From contig CM119264.1 of assembly GCA_051294375.1 (NCBI GenBank), forward strand, positions 21,733,582-21,797,581: a DNA stretch of 64,000 bases, read 5' to 3'. The translations under genes and the position numbers were made by a program. The number at the start of each line of letters is the position of its first letter. Position 1 is the stretch's first letter. This DNA is from Paraspadella gotoi. Its lineage: Eukaryota > Animalia > Chaetognatha. Under the pieces are notes generated by a model, which saw nothing but the letters and a program-made list of their open reading frames with translations, did not search any database and was not told where the DNA came from. Of the stretch, positions 51,234 to 64,000 are shown one piece after another.

Positions 51234-53702
51234 CTCCAGTTCGGCCGTTGCCTCTTTCGGCTCTTCAGGAGATGCTGCGACCAGGAGTTTTGGCAGCTTC
51301 GATTTATCCTCTGCACGAGGATCATCGCAAGTTTTGCCTTTTTATTTGGAGAGGCAAAGATCTACCTGTTCAGGGTTCTACCTTCGGTCATGCTAGGCCC
51401 TTGGTTGTTTTCAGGCGACTCGCCCTCTGGTGCCTGGCTTCGTGCGAGAGGGCTTTCGATGTCTGTTCTACATCGACGATATCTTATTCTGGGCACGTCC
51501 ATGGGGAGTGTTTATTCAACACCCGAGTGGCTCTGCAAACTTCTTTCAGAGCAACAAATCTTTTTGGCTTTTTCTAAAGATTTCCGTGGAGATGAACACT
51601 CAAAGAGTGTTTTATTTATTTCAGCCCGAGCAAGCTCGCGGAAGTAAAGGATGCGGGCTCGTTCCTTCCCCCCAGAATCGAGTTTAGTCCTGCTCAGAAC
51701 TTCGAGTTTTGGGTCTTCCAGTGGACGGGGCGCTTCACCTAGGTTGCGCTTCCCCAGCGGAGTTTTCTGTCCTCGTTTTTTGGCTTCATTCCTCATGGAG
51801 GGATCACTCTATCAGCCCATCAGGTTCTTCAGCTCATGGCTGCAGCCTCCCAGGTCTTCCGATTTCCGCTGCAGGTCGCGGGATTCTGCATGATTCTCAA
51901 TCCTGTTATCGTTCGGAGAGGATTTGTGAGAGTTCTCTTCTCGGAAGCTGCGAAGGAGGAACTTCTTTGGATTTCGGATTCTCGATCCAAGGGCTGTTCA
52001 GCACAGTCGACGCCTTCTCCCGGAGAGTTGCACTTCGGAAGTTGACAAACGACGCTCCAATGGAGCTGGGCTTCTTGTTTCACGGAGTCCTTCATCAGGG
52101 AGTTTTGGAGATTGCGTTTACCTTCCCATATAATGCGAAGGAGTTCATGGTTCGCTATAGTTCCTCGTTCTTCGGCGATCGATTTGCGACAGCATCTTCT
52201 GTGGAAGACGGACAGTTTGGTGTTCCTTGCTCGTCTCGCGCTTTCGGAGCCGCTCGCCTTCTTTCCACGAAGTTATGAGAGAATCTCTTCTCTACGCGAT
52301 TCCTCTTCGGGGGTGTTCATGTTCTCAGGGAGATTTCGAGTTGGTGCGGTTCTCGGGGAGAGCAGCAGATCATCCGTTGCGACGAGTCTCTCGTCAGGTG
52401 CCCCTTCTCCTGGAGATGGAAAGCATGCGGAGGGCTCGAGCCTGCAGTCAAGTCTGGGTTTTCGATCGAGCCTTGTTTTTTTTTTTCCTCCTCCCTTTGA
52501 TCCTCGAGTGATCTTCAAGTTGAGGGAGGCAGTGGGGAGTTCTCTAGGATCTTCTGTTGCTGAGGTGCGCCGTCTAGCTTGGTCTCCTTGGTCGACCTGC
52601 CTGGACGACATCGTCAGCTCCTGATCTGCCTAATCGTCTGGAGTGTTATCGGCTGGCGCACGGATCTCAGACGTCAGCAATTCGACTTTCTCTTCTGTCA
52701 AGGAGGGCTTGGAGATTCTCCACTGTTGTCCGTTCGAAAGGGCTTGGAAGTCCTTCGTCTCTTTCCTTCTAGGACGGCTTCTAGGGATAAGCTTTGTGAA
52801 GGATGTGCTGGATTATCACGCCTCTAGTGACAACGGATTGTCCTATAGCCCATCTTTTTGCATAGATCGGCGATTTCTGCGACTTGCCTTTGGTGGGGGT
52901 GCTCCTATCGGTCAGCACCCATTGGTTTGCCGTCTACTCAAAGGAGTTTTTCAGCTACGGCCTCCTTCGCGCCGTGATCTACCAGCTTGGAGTGTGGCTG
53001 CGGTTTGGCGTTTTGATGTGAGCCATTTCGCTATTCACCTTATTGACATTCTTACGCAAGACTACGTTTCTTCTTTTTTTGGCTTGGCTTCCGCAGGCGA
53101 CCTTCTGAATTGGTCTCTCTGCAGATGTGTCCGACTAATTGTTTTGGTTGAGGATCACGTACGTTGTGCTCCAGGCTTCCAAGCGGATCGGATTTCCATC
53201 TTGGCCCTGTTTTCTTTGGATCCTACGTTCTTCGATGGGTCTGGCCTTGCATTCCTGGTTGTCCGTCGACAGTTCTACGGTCCAAATTTCTCTTCTTTCC
53301 CGCGGCGCGCCCATGGACTTTGCTCTCAGCGTTTTTCCGCTCTGATCAAGTCAATCTTAGAGGATGCGGGACATTGGACGCGCTCTGGATCAACTCGCGC
53401 TCATGGCAGTTCACGAGCCTTCGGCTAAAGGAGTGACTCGGACGTCTTCTCTTGCTGGAGATGGTCGGGCGCTCAACTCTCTTCCGCTTATGCGGAGTCG
53501 GCTTTGGGGTTCTTCTCAGCGGGTCTTGTGGATGAGTGATTTCTCTTTCCGATGCATCCTGGAAGATGTAAGTAGAGGGGAGAGGAGGGGGAGTTGCTCC
53601 TTCTGCTTTTCTCTTTGCTCCTTTCTTGTGGGCACACGACATCTGGAACAAAGAGCATGGCCCCCCCCTGGTGGAGAGAGCCATGAAATCCCGGTTCCAC
53701 TT
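51234..53702 (+). mobile_element. Degenerate DIRS1-like tyrosine-recombinase retrotransposon (5'-truncated by gap)
   Basis: Frameshifted motifs in DIRS order: RT (HEDHRKFCLFIWRG..FG; GFRCLFYIDDIL), RNase H-like (TNDA..; YNAKE), MT-like FFFPPPF, and tyrosine recombinase (GQHPLVCRLLKGVFQLRPP..PAWSV; GSTRAHGSSRAF). Confidence 0.85.
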
Positions 53703-53709
53703 GAACCAT

Positions 53710-54148
53710 AAATTAAATTTAAAAAAAAAAAAAATGTTCCGAATTTTATTAAATTTTTTTTTCAGTAGCTTCCTTCATATTTTTGTAGTCAAATTGTTTA
53801 GAAGTTACAGGCAAAAAAATATTGTTACTTCAAATAAAAATGGGAAAATATTGAATATTTTTATTTTGTATTTGGTTATTTGTTTTATTTTATAATTATT
53901 ATTTTTTTTAATTTTTTTTATTTAATAATGTTAGGCTTTGCACTTTTTCGGTTCAAAAAGTGTATTAAAGTCTAAAGAGAAAGATTAAGATGCGAGTTAA
54001 AGACATTTCACTGTATAACAGCATACCCAGATAAAGGCAGGCAGAAGTCGATACAAAGATGGGTATCCAAATATTGAGAATGTTTTACCTATGTTTTATT
54101 TACTTTTATGAATAAATGAATTATGTCATATATTTTTCCTAGATAGTA
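53710..54148. mobile_element. MITE family B partial copy (mirror at ~61003-61500)
   Basis: Shares its body (TCAGTAGCTT..GTCAAAT..TTTAGAAGTTACAGGC) and right TIR (TTTTTCCTAGATAGTA) with 4946-5424. The left end is replaced by the DIRS element. Confidence 0.75.
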
Positions 54149-54199
54149 TCATTTAAAATGATAGGGCGATTGGCCAAGAGTAGAGTAGTAGCCAAAGAG

Positions 54200-55500
54200 G
54201 GGCTTGTAGATCATATTTTGATATGAATTGTTTTGATATTAGGTCCTCGAGCTAACCCTACCAGGTTTTTCAAAGGCGCCTCTCAGTTATTCGCCTCTGG
54301 AAGAAATCTCATCTCCGTAAAACTGCGAACAAATTAGAACCAAACCGGAGACATGTGAAGCGGTAAGTTGTTTTCTATATCATCACAGATGATATAGTAG
54401 TTTTCTTGTTGATCAAAGTAATTTTTATCGTAGCAAGTAGCCATGCCGTTATATTTTTTTTTTATAATTACAGATTCAAGCGTCAGACATTGGCGAATGG
54501 AAAATGAATTCTCGAGTTCGCTTTGGAACAATTTCATTACGTAAAGAGAAAAATTTGGATATTCAACGATCCGAGCTCGTTAAAACGCAGATGTTTTTTT
54601 ACGAAAAATCAGACCGAAATAAATTGAATCATAAGTTTTTTCTCATTTTAAGAGACAGATATAATTTTTTCGTCGCTTCTTTATCTTTATTTTGTTTCTT
54701 TTACGGGATTAGTTTGCTATGATATCTCCTTCGGCAAGTCTTTCGTGTACATTTTTTTAAACTTTGCGTGTCTGATGCTCTCGTTTATGTATTGACATTT
54801 TATTAAATACAAAAAATAAATTACTTCATCAGTCCATCATATATTAAATATTTTGCGACACCTGAAGGACCATATTTTTGTGTGGCGTCGTGGGGGCGGT
54901 ATATCGAGAATAAAGTTTGATTTTCATTCCCTCTTTTATTTGATTTTACGTACTATGTATATTCGACTGGTCAACTAATAATATTTATATTATTTGTAAT
55001 GCAAAATCCTCTTGTTCTCTTTTTCCGTCGATTGACAGCTTCAGCGAACAAGAGGCGCATGACCATATCCTGTCAGTGTGTCAAGCAAATAATTACAGCG
55101 CTGATTCTTTAATTTTGTGATAAATTAAAACGTCGGACAAACGTAAAGAGGGCTAACATTTTGTCTGGTCAATTGGTCATTTGTTTAACATCTCAAAGTG
55201 GTATAGCCTTTTATCAATCTTTTCACTGAAGAATGATGATAATCTGGTATTATTTTCAAGAGTTTTGGTCGTTTTGGTCTAACATCATTAAATAATTTTT
55301 AATCGTGCTTTGAATATAGAGACTTATTTTGTTTATCTTTGTCCCTACTTGTGATTATTGAATAAGACAGATTTATCCCGATCCGATTATGATTTTAGGG
55401 CTTTTTCACGAGCTAATCAGGCAATCTTTTCAAAAACCACTCGAGTCGTAGTCTCTCTCTCTGTAGATACTTAAGAAAGATAGAACAGTTAAGGAACCTG
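54200..55500 (-). mobile_element. Decayed LINE relic (APE endonuclease region); mirror at ~59610-60950
   Basis: Minus-strand fragments VIICLT, NRRKKRTRGFCI and LFSIYRP resemble the DII.lTETW, R...GGGv and iYRPP motifs. Many stops. Confidence 0.4.
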
Positions 55501-58500
55501 TTAAAACAAAAATATAAATCTACTAAAACTCGGGGAATACCGCCCCTTGCATGTACAAACGACTTTCTTCCGGTCGTTGCCTCGTCGGTGCCACGGTGTC
55601 CGTCCTGCCTGGCCCATCTTTATTTTCTGTCGTTGGTCGCATTCCGTCGCATGACCAAAAAGAGTCAATGACTCAGACTTTGGGTATAAATTATCTCGCG
55701 TCGCCTTTCTCCCTCTTTATTTTGCCCAACGACCTCATCGTGCGGACGGGGATGAGGAGAGGATTTTTTCGCGATGGAACTGAGAGCGACGAGCGCCGCC
55801 GCCCGTTGTCCCGGCGTCGTTAAATCCGCGTTTTTTTAACCGGCGTCTAGTTTCGACACTGGCATTCTTTTGCTTGCTTTCAAGAAAAATTTTTTGGTCT
55901 TCATTTCAACATTTATTTTACCTTTTCTTCTTTTTAAACTTTTTCACAAGCTCGACATTTAAGTTGCTGACTTCTGCGACTAATCTTTTGGAAATCAACC
56001 TCACATCAGTCAAACATTTTGAGGAGTGTAAATTGACGTAATAACGTAATGTAATATTTATATTAATTTACAAAAAAAAAGAAGAGATGTCGTTGAAGAC
56101 ATGTCCGTGTTAAAAATTGTGGTTAATAAAAAAATATTAAAGAGCAAGTGCTGCAGATAAAAATGGCGAATAAATTGTTTTATTTTATTTTCTTTCAAAT
56201 TTCGACCCATAATAATAGACATTTTGGTTAAAATATGACATTCACCTTAGGATCTTCCCGGTCTTATGAGCACAGACGTTAAAAAAATGTTCGCTAAAAT
56301 CTTTAGTGAGAATTTTTAGAATATTACCCCAACCACCCTAACCCTAAATACCCTTAACCTAAAATACCCCTAAACGGCTTATTTCTACATTCGCCGACCG
56401 GTTTTTTTTTTAATTTTTATGAGCGATTTATAAAATCTCGCTAATGCAAAATACATGATACAAAGATACTGAGTGAAAAGTAGTGAAAATAGTAGTGAAA
56501 GTGAAGTGTGAAAATTCTAAATATCAATTATGAACAACATACATCAGTGAACGTTAATTTGTAAAAAAAATTTATTTTATGTTCAATTTTCGTAATAGGC
56601 TATCTTTATATCCTTATAAAGTCGAAAATGTTTAAAATAGGCTTTTTTTAATTTTTATTACAGATTTGAATTCCTCGTCAAAAGTTGATAAAAGAAAATA
56701 TAAATAATTTTTTAAAATTCTTTCATAAATGGTTAAAAATTAAAAAAAACTATATTTAGTATATAAAATTTTAATTTTCAGCTTAAAATATAGATTTATA
56801 TATTTGATCAACTTAATAAAATAATTTTTAAAAGAGTTATATTTCTTTATATCAACTTTTCATAACAAATCCAAATCTGTAAAATTGTAAATTTATTATA
56901 AAATTTTTTATACATAATGTTATTAGTATGATGTTGTTTGTTCCTCACTTGTAGAATTATTAAAGTTAAATTTTAGAAATTTTTTACTACGCTTTACTTA
57001 TAAGGGTAGAAACTTTTTATTACAATCCATAATCCACCCTTAATCCTTAACCAATCGCTAACCGTTTAAAAAATATAACATAAAAATATTGTTTCTAATA
57101 CGAGTTTTTTTTATTTTAAGAGACAAATTCGGACATGTTTCGCCTTCGATGTAAACCATCAAATTGTTTCTTTTATTTCATAAAAAAATTCATTAGTGCA
57201 AAAACGAATTGATTTGTGAAACACATATTTTCACCGACTTTGAGATGTTTGAAGAGAGAGAGAGAGAAGAGTCTGTGAAAATATTTGTTTCACAAATTAA
57301 TTCGTTTTTGCGCTGATGAAAACTTATTAAATAGAATTAAAATAAATTTAAAACTATTATTAATATAAAAAAAAAAAAATAAAAAAGTGAATAAAATGTA
57401 TTATATTCGCAAACTGAGACGCGACGCTAGAAGGAAAAAGCACTGACCGGTGGTAGCTAAAGTTGGTTTCAACGTCGAATAAAAGTTACCCAAAAAAAAA
57501 CCGACAACTCGTTCCAGTCGTAAAGTATAAAATATACTTATTAAATCTCAACTTATTTACCAATTATCCATGAACATGATCATAGACTTTAGGTTTGTAC
57601 GAGTCTCGTTTTCTTCAAAAAGTAAGAAAGCGAACTTTCTCAGTGCGAAATTAATATACATTTTTATTCACTTTTTATTTTTTTTTTATTTTATAATAAT
57701 ATAATAGTTTTAAATTATTAATTACTATTTAATAAGTTTCATCAGCGCAATATCTCCCTCCCTGAATTCAATTTGTGAAACAAATATTTTCACATACCTC
57801 TTTCTCTCTCTTCTCTCTTCAAACTTCAAAGTCGGGAAATATGTGTACAATCAATAACAACACCCGTTTTGCTACTAATGAATTTATTGAAAATAAAAGA
57901 TAACAAGTTTTACCGATCAGAGTAACACCTAATGTCTCTAAAAAAAAAAAAACTCGTATTAAGATAAACAATATTTTTATGTAATTTTAAACGGTTAGCG
58001 ATTTGGGTTAAGGATTAAGGGTGGTTATGGATTTGTAATAAAAAGTTTTTCTACCCTTATAAGTAAAGCGTAGTAAAAATTCTAAATTTAACTTTAATTA
58101 AAATTTCTACAAGGTGAGGAACAAACAACATCATTACTAAGTAAACATTTATGTATAAAAAAATTTTATAAATAAATTTTACAATTTTACAGATTTGGAT
58201 TTGTTATGAAAAGTTGTATAAAGAAATATAACTTCTTGTTTTAAAAATTATTTTATTAAGTTTGCATCAAATATATTAAAAAATCTATATTTTAAGCTGA
58301 AAATTAAAATTTATATACTAAATATAGTTTTTTTTAATTTTTAACCCATTTAATGAAAGAAATTTTTAAAAATTATTTATTATTTTCTTTTAGCAACTTT
58401 TTGGACGAGGATTCAAAATTCCTGTAATAAAAAATTAAAAAAAAGCCTTATTTTAAACATTTTTCGACTTATATTAAAGGATATAAAGGATAGCCTATTA

Positions 58501-61500
58501 CGAAAATTTGAACATAAATAAATTTTTTTTACAAATTAACGTTCAACTGATGGTATGTTGTTCATAATTGATATTTAGAATTTTCACTACTTTTCACTAC
58601 TTTTCACTACTAATTTTCACTACTTTTCACTACAGTATCTTTGTATCAGTATTTTTGCATAGCGAGATTTTTATAAATCGCTCATAAAAATTAAAAAAAA
58701 AACCGGTCGGCGAATGTAGAAATAAGCCGTTTAGGGGTATTTAGGGTTAAGGGTATTTAGGGTTAGGGGTGGTTGGGGTAATATTCTAAAAATTCTCACT
58801 AAAGATTTTAGCGAACATTTTTTTAACGTCTGTGCTCATAAGACCGGGAAGATCCTAAAAGGTGAATGTCATATTTTAACAAAATGTCTATTATTATGGG
58901 TCGAAATTTGAAAGAAAATAAAAATAAAACAATTTATTCGCCATTTTTATCTGTAGCACTTGCTCTTTAATATTTTTTATTAACCACAATTTTTAACACG
59001 GACATGTCTTCAACGACATCTCTTCTTTTTTTTTGTAAATTAAATAAAATATTACATACGTATGTACGTCAATTTACACTCCTCAAAATGTTTGACTGAT
59101 GTGAGGTTGATTTCCAAAAGAATAGTCGCAGAAGTCAGCACTTAAATGTCGAGCTTGTGAAAAAGTTTAAAAAGAAGAAAAGGTAAAATAAATGTTGAAA
59201 TGAAGACCAAAAAATATTTTCTTGGAAAGCAACGCAAAGAATGCCAGTGTCGAAACTAGACGCCGGTTAAAAAAACGCCGGATTTAACGACGCCGGGACA
59301 ACGGGCGCGCTCGTCGCTCTCGTTCCATCGCGGAAAAATCCTCTTCCTCATCCCCGTCCCGCACGATGGTCGTTGGGGCAAAATAAAGAGGGAGAAAAAA
59401 GCGACGCAGAAAATTTAAAAATCACAACCCAAAGTCTGAGTCATTGACTCTTTTTGGTCATGCGACGGAATGCGACCAACGACAGAAAATTAAAGATGGG
59501 CCAGGCAGGACGGCACCGTGGCACCGACGAGGCAACGACCGGAAGAAAGTCGTTTGTACATGCAAGGGGCGGTATTCCCCGAGTTTTAGTAGATTTTAGT
59601 TTTTGTTTTAACAGGTTCCTTAACTGTTCTATCTTTCTTAAGTATCTACAGAGAGAGAGACTACGACTCGAGTGGTTTTTGAAAAGATTGCCTGATTAGC
59701 TCGTGAAAAAGCCCTAAAATCATAATCGGATCGGGATAAATCTGTCTTATTCAATAATCACAAGTAGGGACAAAGATAAACAAAATAAGTCTCTATATTC
59801 AAAGCACGATTAAAAATTATTTAATGCATTGTCCTAAGACCAAAACACAAAACTCTTGAAAAATACCAGATTTATCATCATTCTTCAGTGAAAAGATTGA
59901 TAAAAGGCTATACCACTATGAGATTGTTAAACAAATGACCAATTGACCAGACAAAATGTTAGCCCTCTTTACGTTTGTCCGACGTTTTAATTTATCACAA
60001 AATTAAAGAATCAGCGCTGTAATTATTTGCTTGACACACCTGACAGGATATGGTCCATGCGCCTCTTGTTCGCTGAAGCTGATCAATCGACGGAAAAAGA
60101 GAACAAGAAGGATTTTGCATTACAAATAATATAAATATTATTAGTTGACCAGTCGAATATACATAGTACGTAAAATCAAATAAAAAGAGGGAATGAAATC
60201 AAACTTTATTCTCGATATACACCGCCCCCACGACGCCACACAAAAATATGGTCCTTCAGGTGTCGCAAAATACGTTAATTTTTTAATGATGGACTGATGA
60301 AGTAATTTATTTTTTTTTGTATTTAATAAAATGTCAAATACATAAAACGAGAGCATCAGACACAGCAAAGTTTTTAAAAAAATGTACCACGAAATAACAA
60401 AAAGACTTGCCGAAGGAGATATCATAAGCAAACTAATCCCGTAAAAGAAACAAAATAAAGATAAAGAAGCGACGAAAAAATATATCTTGTCTCTTAAAAT
60501 GAGAAAAACTTATGATTCAATTTATTTCGGTCTGATTTTTTCGTAAAAAAACATCTGGCCGTTTTCAACGAGCTCGGATCGTTGAATATCCAAAGTTTTC
60601 TTCTTTACGTAATGAAATTGTTCCAAAGCGAACTCGTAGAATTCATTTTCCATTCGCCAAATGTCTGACGCTTGAATCTGTAATTATAAAAAAAAAATAA
60701 CGGCATGCTACTTGCTACGATAAAAATTTACTTCTGATCAACAAGAAAAACTACTATATCATCTGTGATGATATAGAAAACAACTTACCGCTTCTACTGT
60801 CTCCGGTTTTGGTTCTAATTTGTTCGCAGTTTTACGGAGATGAGATTTCTTTCCAGAGGCGAATAACTGAGAGGCGCCTTTGAAAAACCTTGGTAGGGTT
60901 AGCTCGAGGACCTAATATCAAAACAATCATATCAAAATATGATCTACAAGCCCTCTTTGGCTACTACTCTACTCTTTGGCCAATCGCCTATCATTTAAAT
61001 GATACTATCTAGGAAAAAGTATATGACATAATTCATTTATTCAATAAAAAGTAAATAAAACATAGGTAAAACATTCTCAATATTTGGTATACCCATCTTT
61101 GGTATCGACTTCTGCCTGCCTTTATCTGGGTATGCTGTTATACAGGAAATTGAGGTATGACAGTGAAATGTCTTTTAACATCTTTAACGCAATTCTTATC
61201 AGCCCATCTTTCCTTCTTTTCTGAACTTTAATAACACTTTTTGAACCAGAAAAAGGTGCAAAGCCTTTAACATTATTAAATTAAAAAAATATTAAAAAAA
61301 TAATTATTTAAAATAAAAACAAATAACCAAATACTAAAAATAATAAAAAATTCAATATTTTTTTCCCATTTTTTATTTGAAGTAACAATATTTTTTTGCC
61401 TGTAACTTCTAAACAATTTGACCTACAGAAAAATAGAAGGAAGCTACTGAAAAAAAATTTAATATAAATTCGGAAACATTTTATTTTTTTTTAAATTAAT

Positions 61501-61602
61501 TTATGGTTCNNNNNNNNNNCTAGATAGTACAATATAAAAATATAATCATCTTATATCATATATCAATAGGGCAGAAAGTATTAACCTTGTGTTGTATAGA
61601 TC

Positions 61603-61870
61603 TGTGGATAAGGCGCTAAGTGGGCTAAAGACTATCAGTAACTTCTGTGCCCCCTCAGCAACAATGGAACGGGTCCTGGGCTTGGAACGAGGCTTGAGGG
61701 TTTTCCACGCCCCCAAGGCGGTTTACGTCCGTCCTCACACTTCCCGCAGGGTAGGTACTGGGTTGGGATTAAACCGAGTGGTCATGAGCTGATGACTTTA
61801 CTCAATGAGCCACCGGGTCACGACTGAAGGTGTCATTCTTATAGGCGGGGTGAACTTATGCCCGACTACA
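61603..61870 (-). mobile_element. Solo LTR of the tRNA-bearing TRIM family
   Basis: TGTGG...CTACA, homologous over its full length to the LTRs at 30767/31181, flanked by a 4-bp TSD (GATC at 61599-61602 and 61871-61874). Confidence 0.9.
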
Positions 61871-62175
61871 GATCCTCACTCTATTTCCAGAAGACAACAC
61901 TAACATCCCTCTGCCCATTACAGTATTAAATATGAAATAAATAATAATTAAATCTAATACTTATGAGAAATATATTAAACTTTTATATTCATTTTGAAAT
62001 TCATCTAATTTAGTCTAATAAATAAAAACAATTACTAATCTTGCACTTCACTAAATCAGCAGCCATCAAGTTTTTTTGGCAACACTTTAGAAATACTAAG
62101 CCTTCATGAATCTATCTTACTCTAAAAATTATAACGAACATGAACGGGAATTTTCGATTGCACAATTTAACGAAC

Positions 62176-62716
62176 CTGGACGAAACTGTCCAACTCCTCA
62201 GTAACTCCAACGACGAGATACTTGGAGGCGAGGTTTCTTTTGGCTTCCTCTAACGCCCACGCATTGCCAGGCTGCCAACAATCTACCTCGTGACCGCAGA
62301 AAAACGGGATCTGAAATATTTTTGGTATTTTGCTAAAAATTGAGCACAATTGCTTGGAAGGAATATGAATATTTAGGAGTTAGTCAATTACTGCTCAACG
62401 TAGATATTAGATAAATTTTCGTTACTTTTTTTTAAAATTACTGAGCAGAATAAGTAAAGGAAAAAAATCAATTTTCGTTTTTCGAAGTCGAAAAAAACTA
62501 CTGTAGCAAAATTAATAAATAATGAAAGTGATTTAGTAGCTTGCTCGGAACCGATGTGGGCAGGAATTTGAGCGTTATAATTTTAGCGTTTAGAGAATTG
62601 ACAAAGTTTTTGTTTGCAACGATTTTATTTAATTTGAACAGACATGTTTCGACTTGCTTTACAAGCCTTCATCAGCGTTTTGACAGTTTGATTTGAAATT
62701 TGTGCATAAGAAGGGG

Positions 62717-62775
<59 letters not shown>

Positions 62776-64000
62776 GAGAGAGAGAGAGAAGACAGGGATA
62801 AATAAATGATACATTGTGGGCAATGTACAACAAAGATAAATGCTTTGAAAAACTAAAAAATTAGTAAAATTTAACAATTATCTAATTGATAAATAGTTAA
62901 CTAAGGGATAGAAAAATGAAAATGAAATTTGTGAAAATGAAATGTGAGAATTTTTAAGTGTTAAGTAAGTGATTATAAAGAGAAATTTAATTTTAGCGTT
63001 AAAAATCAAAAGCTGATTGGCAACTCCTTCAAAACAACATTCCACAGTCATGGTTTAATTCTTGCGGTTTTCTTCTATCTGGATATAGTAGAACTAAAAT
63101 ACCTGAAAATTTATATTGAAAATAATTCATAATTTTAACTTAACAATTTTAAAAATTATTTTAGAAAACGAAAAAAACAATTGTTTATTTTTCAATTTTT
63201 CAGCGCTAATGAAGACTCGCAAGAGTCGAGACATGTCCGATTGTCCATTTTCTTAAAAATAAACATCTGTTGTGATGTAATATCACTATCCGTTGGATAC
63301 GACTGTTCCTTCCATCAGCGACGTAATAGCGCAGTGGGCTCACGCTTCATCTCCGAACCTAATGGTCCCGGGTTCTAGCCCTGGTCGGAACAGTTCTTGC
63401 AAAAAGAGTGACGGGCCGGTTAGACCACCAGTAGCAAGCCTACCGCCGGATCCGAAGTTCCGGAAAGCAAGGCAACTGACAATTTTTTTTTTTCGTTTTC
63501 TAATTCTGAAACTGAACGAAATGAAAGGATTTACACAGAGTCGCGTCTAAAATTATTTTATAATACCGACATGGGACGTTCACACGACGTTCTATTTACT
63601 ACTGAAAATTTTAAATTTTTATTTTAGACAGAGAGGCAGACAGATAGTGGTGGACAGACAGATACAATAAAACCAACAAACCATAAAATCCAACAAATAA
63701 AACAACCAATCAAGCATTTCATCCACCCTTCCCAAAAGACGAACCTGCAACCAGAGGTTTTCCGCGGCACAGTCGGGTCCCGACTTTTTAACGCAATCGT
63801 CAAAGGTCTCTCGGTCGCCCATCCTCTTCCTCTTGAGGTAGGGCCGAAAGTCGTCGCCGTTACGCAGAAAGTAATAATACGAGACGAGGCGGTCGAGCGG
63901 CCGGCGAATCAAATTAATGTAGACGGGCTTCTCGGCGACGGCAAACCGGCCAAAGTCAAGGAAGGCGACGTGGCCGTGATAGATGGCGGGTTTCTTGGCC
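62176..64000 (-). CDS. HS2ST1: Heparan sulfate 2-O-sulfotransferase (partial; two internal exons)
   Basis: Exon 63745->64000: [64 protein letters not shown]. Exon 62176-62310: [45 protein letters not shown]. These are diagnostic HS2ST motifs. Confidence 0.95.
63320..63493 (+). mobile_element. tRNA-derived SINE-like sequence
   Basis: A box TAGCGCAGTGG (63327-63337) and B box GGTTCTAGCCC (63371-63381) at tRNA spacing, then a GC-rich body and a T run. No intact cloverleaf. Confidence 0.55.

Larger units (their letters stand above)
53703..61509. other. ~3.8-kb-arm inverted duplication (probable chimera/misassembly)
   Basis: 53703-~57420 is the reverse complement of ~57637-61509, with a ~215-bp unpaired centre. 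The arms differ mainly by random 1-bp indels. 49920-51133 is a third copy. The structure ends at an N gap. Confidence 0.85.

Overview
AT-rich, microsatellite-rich, intron-dense genomic DNA from an invertebrate animal, in an error-prone long-read assembly with three N gaps. Four multi-exon protein-coding genes, all on the minus strand, were reconstructed by hand. (1) A twitchin/projectin-N-terminus-like or DIM-1-like Ig-I-set muscle protein (~987-14426). (2) A ~50-exon secreted mosaic protein: signal peptide, ~9 EGF, 2 LamG/pentraxin-like, a Cys-rich region, ~5 Sushi and 2 EGF (19187-37921). (3) A claudin/PMP22-family tetraspan (39494-47226). (4) Part of heparan sulfate 2-O-sulfotransferase (62176->64000). 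Mobile DNA includes two MITE families, a Helentron/DINE-1-like family, a degenerate DIRS retrotransposon, LINE and Tc1 relics and a tRNA-derived SINE. The most notable element is a 708-bp non-autonomous LTR retroelement (TRIM, 30767-31474; solo LTR at 61603-61870). Its LTRs carry a tRNA-derived Pol III promoter and a twister-ribozyme-like fold. Splice acceptors are unusually relaxed (many AAG, several GAG). The 7.8-kb palindrome at 53703-61509 is most likely an amplification or assembly chimera. Most ORFs in the supplied track are microsatellite or low-complexity noise.
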